Below the pieces are notes generated by a model. That model was not told where the DNA came from. It made no database searches and saw only the letters and a program-made list of their open reading frames with translations. From assembly GCA_002269645.1 (NCBI GenBank), contig NIVC01002134.1, positions 34,513 through 98,512 of the forward strand: 64,000 bases of DNA, written 5' to 3'. Positions 60,801 to 64,000 of this stretch are shown one piece after another. Position 1 is the stretch's first letter, and each line of letters opens with the position of its first letter. The position numbers were made by a program, and so were the translations under genes. This stretch comes from Macrostomum lignano (taxonomy: Eukaryota).

Positions 60801-63759
60801 CTTGTCAGGTCTATTAAATCTGACTTGTCAGGTGTATTAACTCTGACTTGTCAGGTCTATTAACTCTGACTTGTCAGGTCTATTAACTCTGACTTGTCAG
60901 GTCTATTAACTTTGACTTGTCAGGTCTATTAACTCTGACTTGTCAGGTCTACCAGTATTAACTCTGACTTGTCAGGTCTATTAACTCTGACTTGTCAGGT
61001 GTATTAAATCTGACTTGTCAGGTCTATTAAATCTGACTTGTCAGGTGTATTAAATCTGACTTGTCAGGTCTATTAAATCTGACTTGTCAGGTGTATTAAA
61101 TTTGACTGTCAGGTGTATTACATCTGACTTGTTAGGCCTATTAAATCTGACTTGTCAGGTCTTATTAAATGACTTATTTATGTGTATTAAAGTGTACTAA
61201 ATGACTGATCAGGCCTATTAAATCTGACTTGTCAGGTCTATTAAATCTGACTGTCAGGTGTATTAAATCTGACTTGTCAGGTGTATTAACTCTGACTTGT
61301 CAGGTGTATTTAAATCTGACTTGTCAGGTGTATTACATCTGACTTGTTAGGCCTATTAAATCTGACTTGTCAGGTCTTATTAAATGACTTATTTATGTGT
61401 ATTAAAGTGTACTAAATGACTGATCAGGCCTATTAAATCTGACTTGTCAGGTCTATTAAATCTGACTGTCAGGTGTATTAAATCTGACTTGTCAGGTGTA
61501 TTAACTCTGACTTGTCAGGTGTATTTAAATCTGACTTGTCAGGTGTATTACATCTGACTTGTTAGGCCTATTAAATCTGACTTGTCAGGTCTTATTAAAT
61601 GACTTATTTATGTGTATTAAAGTGTACTAAATGACTGATCAGGCCTATTAAATCTGACTTGTCAGGTCTATTAAATCTGACTTGTCAGGTCTATTAAATC
61701 TGACTTTCAAAAAGCAAATTAGAAAACAAAAAAGCACAGTGGAATTAAAACAACACTAATGATACATGACCGTATTCAGTAATAATATATTATTGGTTAA
61801 AAATTAAACTAAAAAGCATGATTAGTAAGAGTACGCTCGTATTGCAATAAAAATTCAAGCTAAACATAAAACACATAACTTACTACTATTAATAAATATA
61901 AATAAGCCAACAGAACATTAAAAGCAGCAACAATAATAGCAGGCAAAAAAGCAAACAGATTTCAAGCAATTCAAGCCAGCATAATTATAAAATAATGGGT
62001 AAAAAAGCAAACGGTTAATACAAACCATTATTTCTGGCATTTCTAGCACCAATGACAATATTGCAGTCTTTTAACAGTTAAATAAAAGTCATGGAATGCG
62101 GCCAGCTGCATTTACCAGATTGAATTTATATATTTTAATTATAAACATGTAGACTAGCAACTGTCAACGCAAATTAAATAGATTATAAATAGAGCTAAGT
62201 TTAATACCTACATGCAGTTGAAGCAAATTCAACCAATATCAAGTGATAAACGCAGTCATTATTATATAAATACTAAAAGAAGAGAAAATGGACGCAAAAG
62301 AATGTGCGCTTGGGCTAATTGCAGAGTAAAACTGGGCACTAATGGACGGCTTAAAACTTCAAGCGACAGTCGGTGAGATCGATTTGAGAGTACAGAGTAG
62401 AGGCAGAGAAAAGAAAGGAAGAATAGAGATTAGAATTAACTATTCGCGTTAGGATAAGAGATGCGGGAGAAGAGAGGATGAGATTTGTAGATAAGATTAG
62501 GAGGATCAGATTTGCGGATAGGAGAGGGCGAGATTTGTGGATAGGAGATGGTGAGACTTGTGGATAGGAGATGGTGAGATTTGAGGATAGGAGGGTGAGA
62601 GTTGTGGATAGGAGATGGTGAGATTTGTGGATAGGAGATGGTGAGACTTGTGGATAGGAGGGTGAGAGTTGTGGATAGGAGATGGTGAGATTTGTGGATA
62701 GGAGATGGTGAGACTTGTGGATAGGAGATGGTGAGATTTGTGGATAGGAGATGGTGAGACTTGTGGATAGGAGATGGTGAGATTTGAGGATAGGAGGGTG
62801 AGAGTTGTGGATAGGAGATGGTGAGATTTGTGGATAGGAGATGGTGAGACTTGTGGATAGGAGGGTGAGAGTTGTGGATAGGAGATGATGAGATTTGTGG
62901 ATAGGAGATGGTGAGACTTGTGGATAGGAGATGGTGAGATTTGAGGATAGGAGGGTGAGAGTTGTGGATAGGAGATGGTGAGATTTGTGGATAGGAGATG
63001 GTGAGACTTGTGGATAGGAGGGTGAGAGTTGTGGATAGGAGATGGTGAGATTTGTGGATAGGAGATAATGAGACTTGTGGATAGATCTTGAGATTCAAGA
63101 CAGAGATAAGATCGAGATAAAAAATGATAAAAATAACGATTTTCAATCAATCAATCGTTGTTAATGGGTGCTAAAAGCCAGTCCAGTTATCTCAAAAGAG
63201 TATCTGAGTCGGATTTTCGCCAAGAGCCATGCTGCCCTTGAAGCCTAGCAGATCGGAGAGACGACACCAACTGCTTTTGCTGTTGCTGCTGTTGCAGTCT
63301 CGGCGGAGTCAGAGTGGCGGATTTCTCGCCGCCAAGAATATTACAATTATTTGGCGTCATAGTGGGCCGACGGCAAGTCACGGCCACTCTAGAAGTGGAG
63401 GCTGTACGCCACATCAACCTCTGGCACTGGCTGCCAGTGTTCAAAGACTCACAGGATGATTGATTAATTTGATCCTCGCAATTAAATAATTCAGTTTTCA
63501 TGCTTTGCAAAGTGGCAGCGCTCAGGCCAAGTTGTTTTACTAAAGCAACTGAAGCTGGGTCGGATGAAGCTGATGAAGGCGGTTCCGGCTGAGGTAAAGG
63601 CTGCTGAGGAGGCGGTGGCGGTGGCATGGGCTGCCCAATGGGGTAGAGGTGACCATTTTGCAGAACGCAAGGCAACACGAGGCCATTGGGAAGTGGATAA
63701 AAATAGTAGCGATAATGCGTGTTACTACCCGGATGTGACTGCTGCTGACAATGCTGCAT
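54868..63759 (-). CDS. NUP98: Nucleoporin Nup98-Nup96 precursor, Nup96 portion (continues beyond window)
   Basis: Exons ~63759-63270 (LGLSAATLQSMKTELF; boundaries uncertain), 60246-59842 (RSRRVSWGP), 58855-58165 (RKEAFTEW, RLALLLGQ), 57758-57329 (MDWTRAFTLYLWF, YAAKLESQGLWDWALFVLLHI), 56428-55987, 55104-54868 (stop); splice phases consistent. Confidence 0.88.
55215..55960. repeat. Intronic ~35-38-bp minisatellite
   Basis: Unit cagtgactgaactaacatcagtgaccttgagattcatt and variants. Confidence 0.92.
56520..57290. repeat. Intronic 20-bp minisatellite
   Basis: Unit ttagggatctgaatcctcaa. Confidence 0.95.
60345..61710. repeat. Intronic 23-bp minisatellite with 215-bp higher-order repeat at the distal end
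   Basis: Unit tattaaatctgacttgtcaggtc; variant block recurs at 61161, 61376, 61591. Confidence 0.93.
62490..63085. repeat. Intronic 23-bp minisatellite
   Basis: Unit gtggataggagatggtgagattt. Confidence 0.93.
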
Positions 63760-63811
63760 GCCGGATGTCTTTTAGTGCTGAAATATTTACGATTTTTTAC
63801 GGTAAAGGATG

Positions 63812-64000
63812 TCAGGTACAATGGGATTAACTAGTTAAGGATCTGAGGTACAATGGGATTAACTAGTTAAGGATCTGAGGTACAATGGGATTAACTAGTT
63901 AAGGATCTCAGGTACAATGGGATTAACTAGTTAAGGATCTCAGGTACAATGGGATTAACTAGTTAAGGATCTCAGGTACAATGGGATTAACTAGTTAAGG
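63812..64000. repeat. Intronic 32-bp minisatellite (runs off window)
   Basis: Unit ggtacaatgggattaactagttaaggatctca. Confidence 0.93.

Noticed and set aside
62436-63150. His/Ser/Pro-rich ORFs of 214-236 aa
   Set aside because: Translation of a 23-bp intronic minisatellite in Nup98-96

Overview
Eukaryotic (animal) genomic DNA with short AT-rich spliceosomal introns, GC-richer exons, polyQ tracts and many minisatellites. This style is consistent with a free-living flatworm such as Macrostomum, but that is inference only. (1) 1-23924 (+): the 3' part of one very large modular gene, about 12.9 kb CDS or about 4,300 aa by my exon sum, with its start upstream of the window. It encodes 4 F-type (fucolectin) lectin domains, 33 strongly Lys/Arg-rich WSC domains and 2 hemicentin-type vWA domains, nearly all as one-domain phase-1 exons. 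It includes a recently amplified 4-exon unit, and two copies of that unit carry a decayed Gypsy LTR element next to a splice donor while two retain the empty site. (2) A divergent septin. (3) A convergent, complete, secreted 6-WSC paralog assembled from non-adjacent exons of the big gene. (4) A Penelope GIY-YIG fragment with a candidate minimal hammerhead ribozyme. (5) A cluster of four genes for secreted PAN/apple + ALK/LTK-type glycine-rich proteins, two intact and two disrupted. (6) hAT-type MITEs, two SINE families, a Myb/SANT (Harbinger-like) remnant and a 40-bp satellite with higher-order structure. (7) The Nup96-encoding part of Nup98-96 on the minus strand, with repeat-filled introns. 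All exon boundaries were read by eye and no database searches were run.
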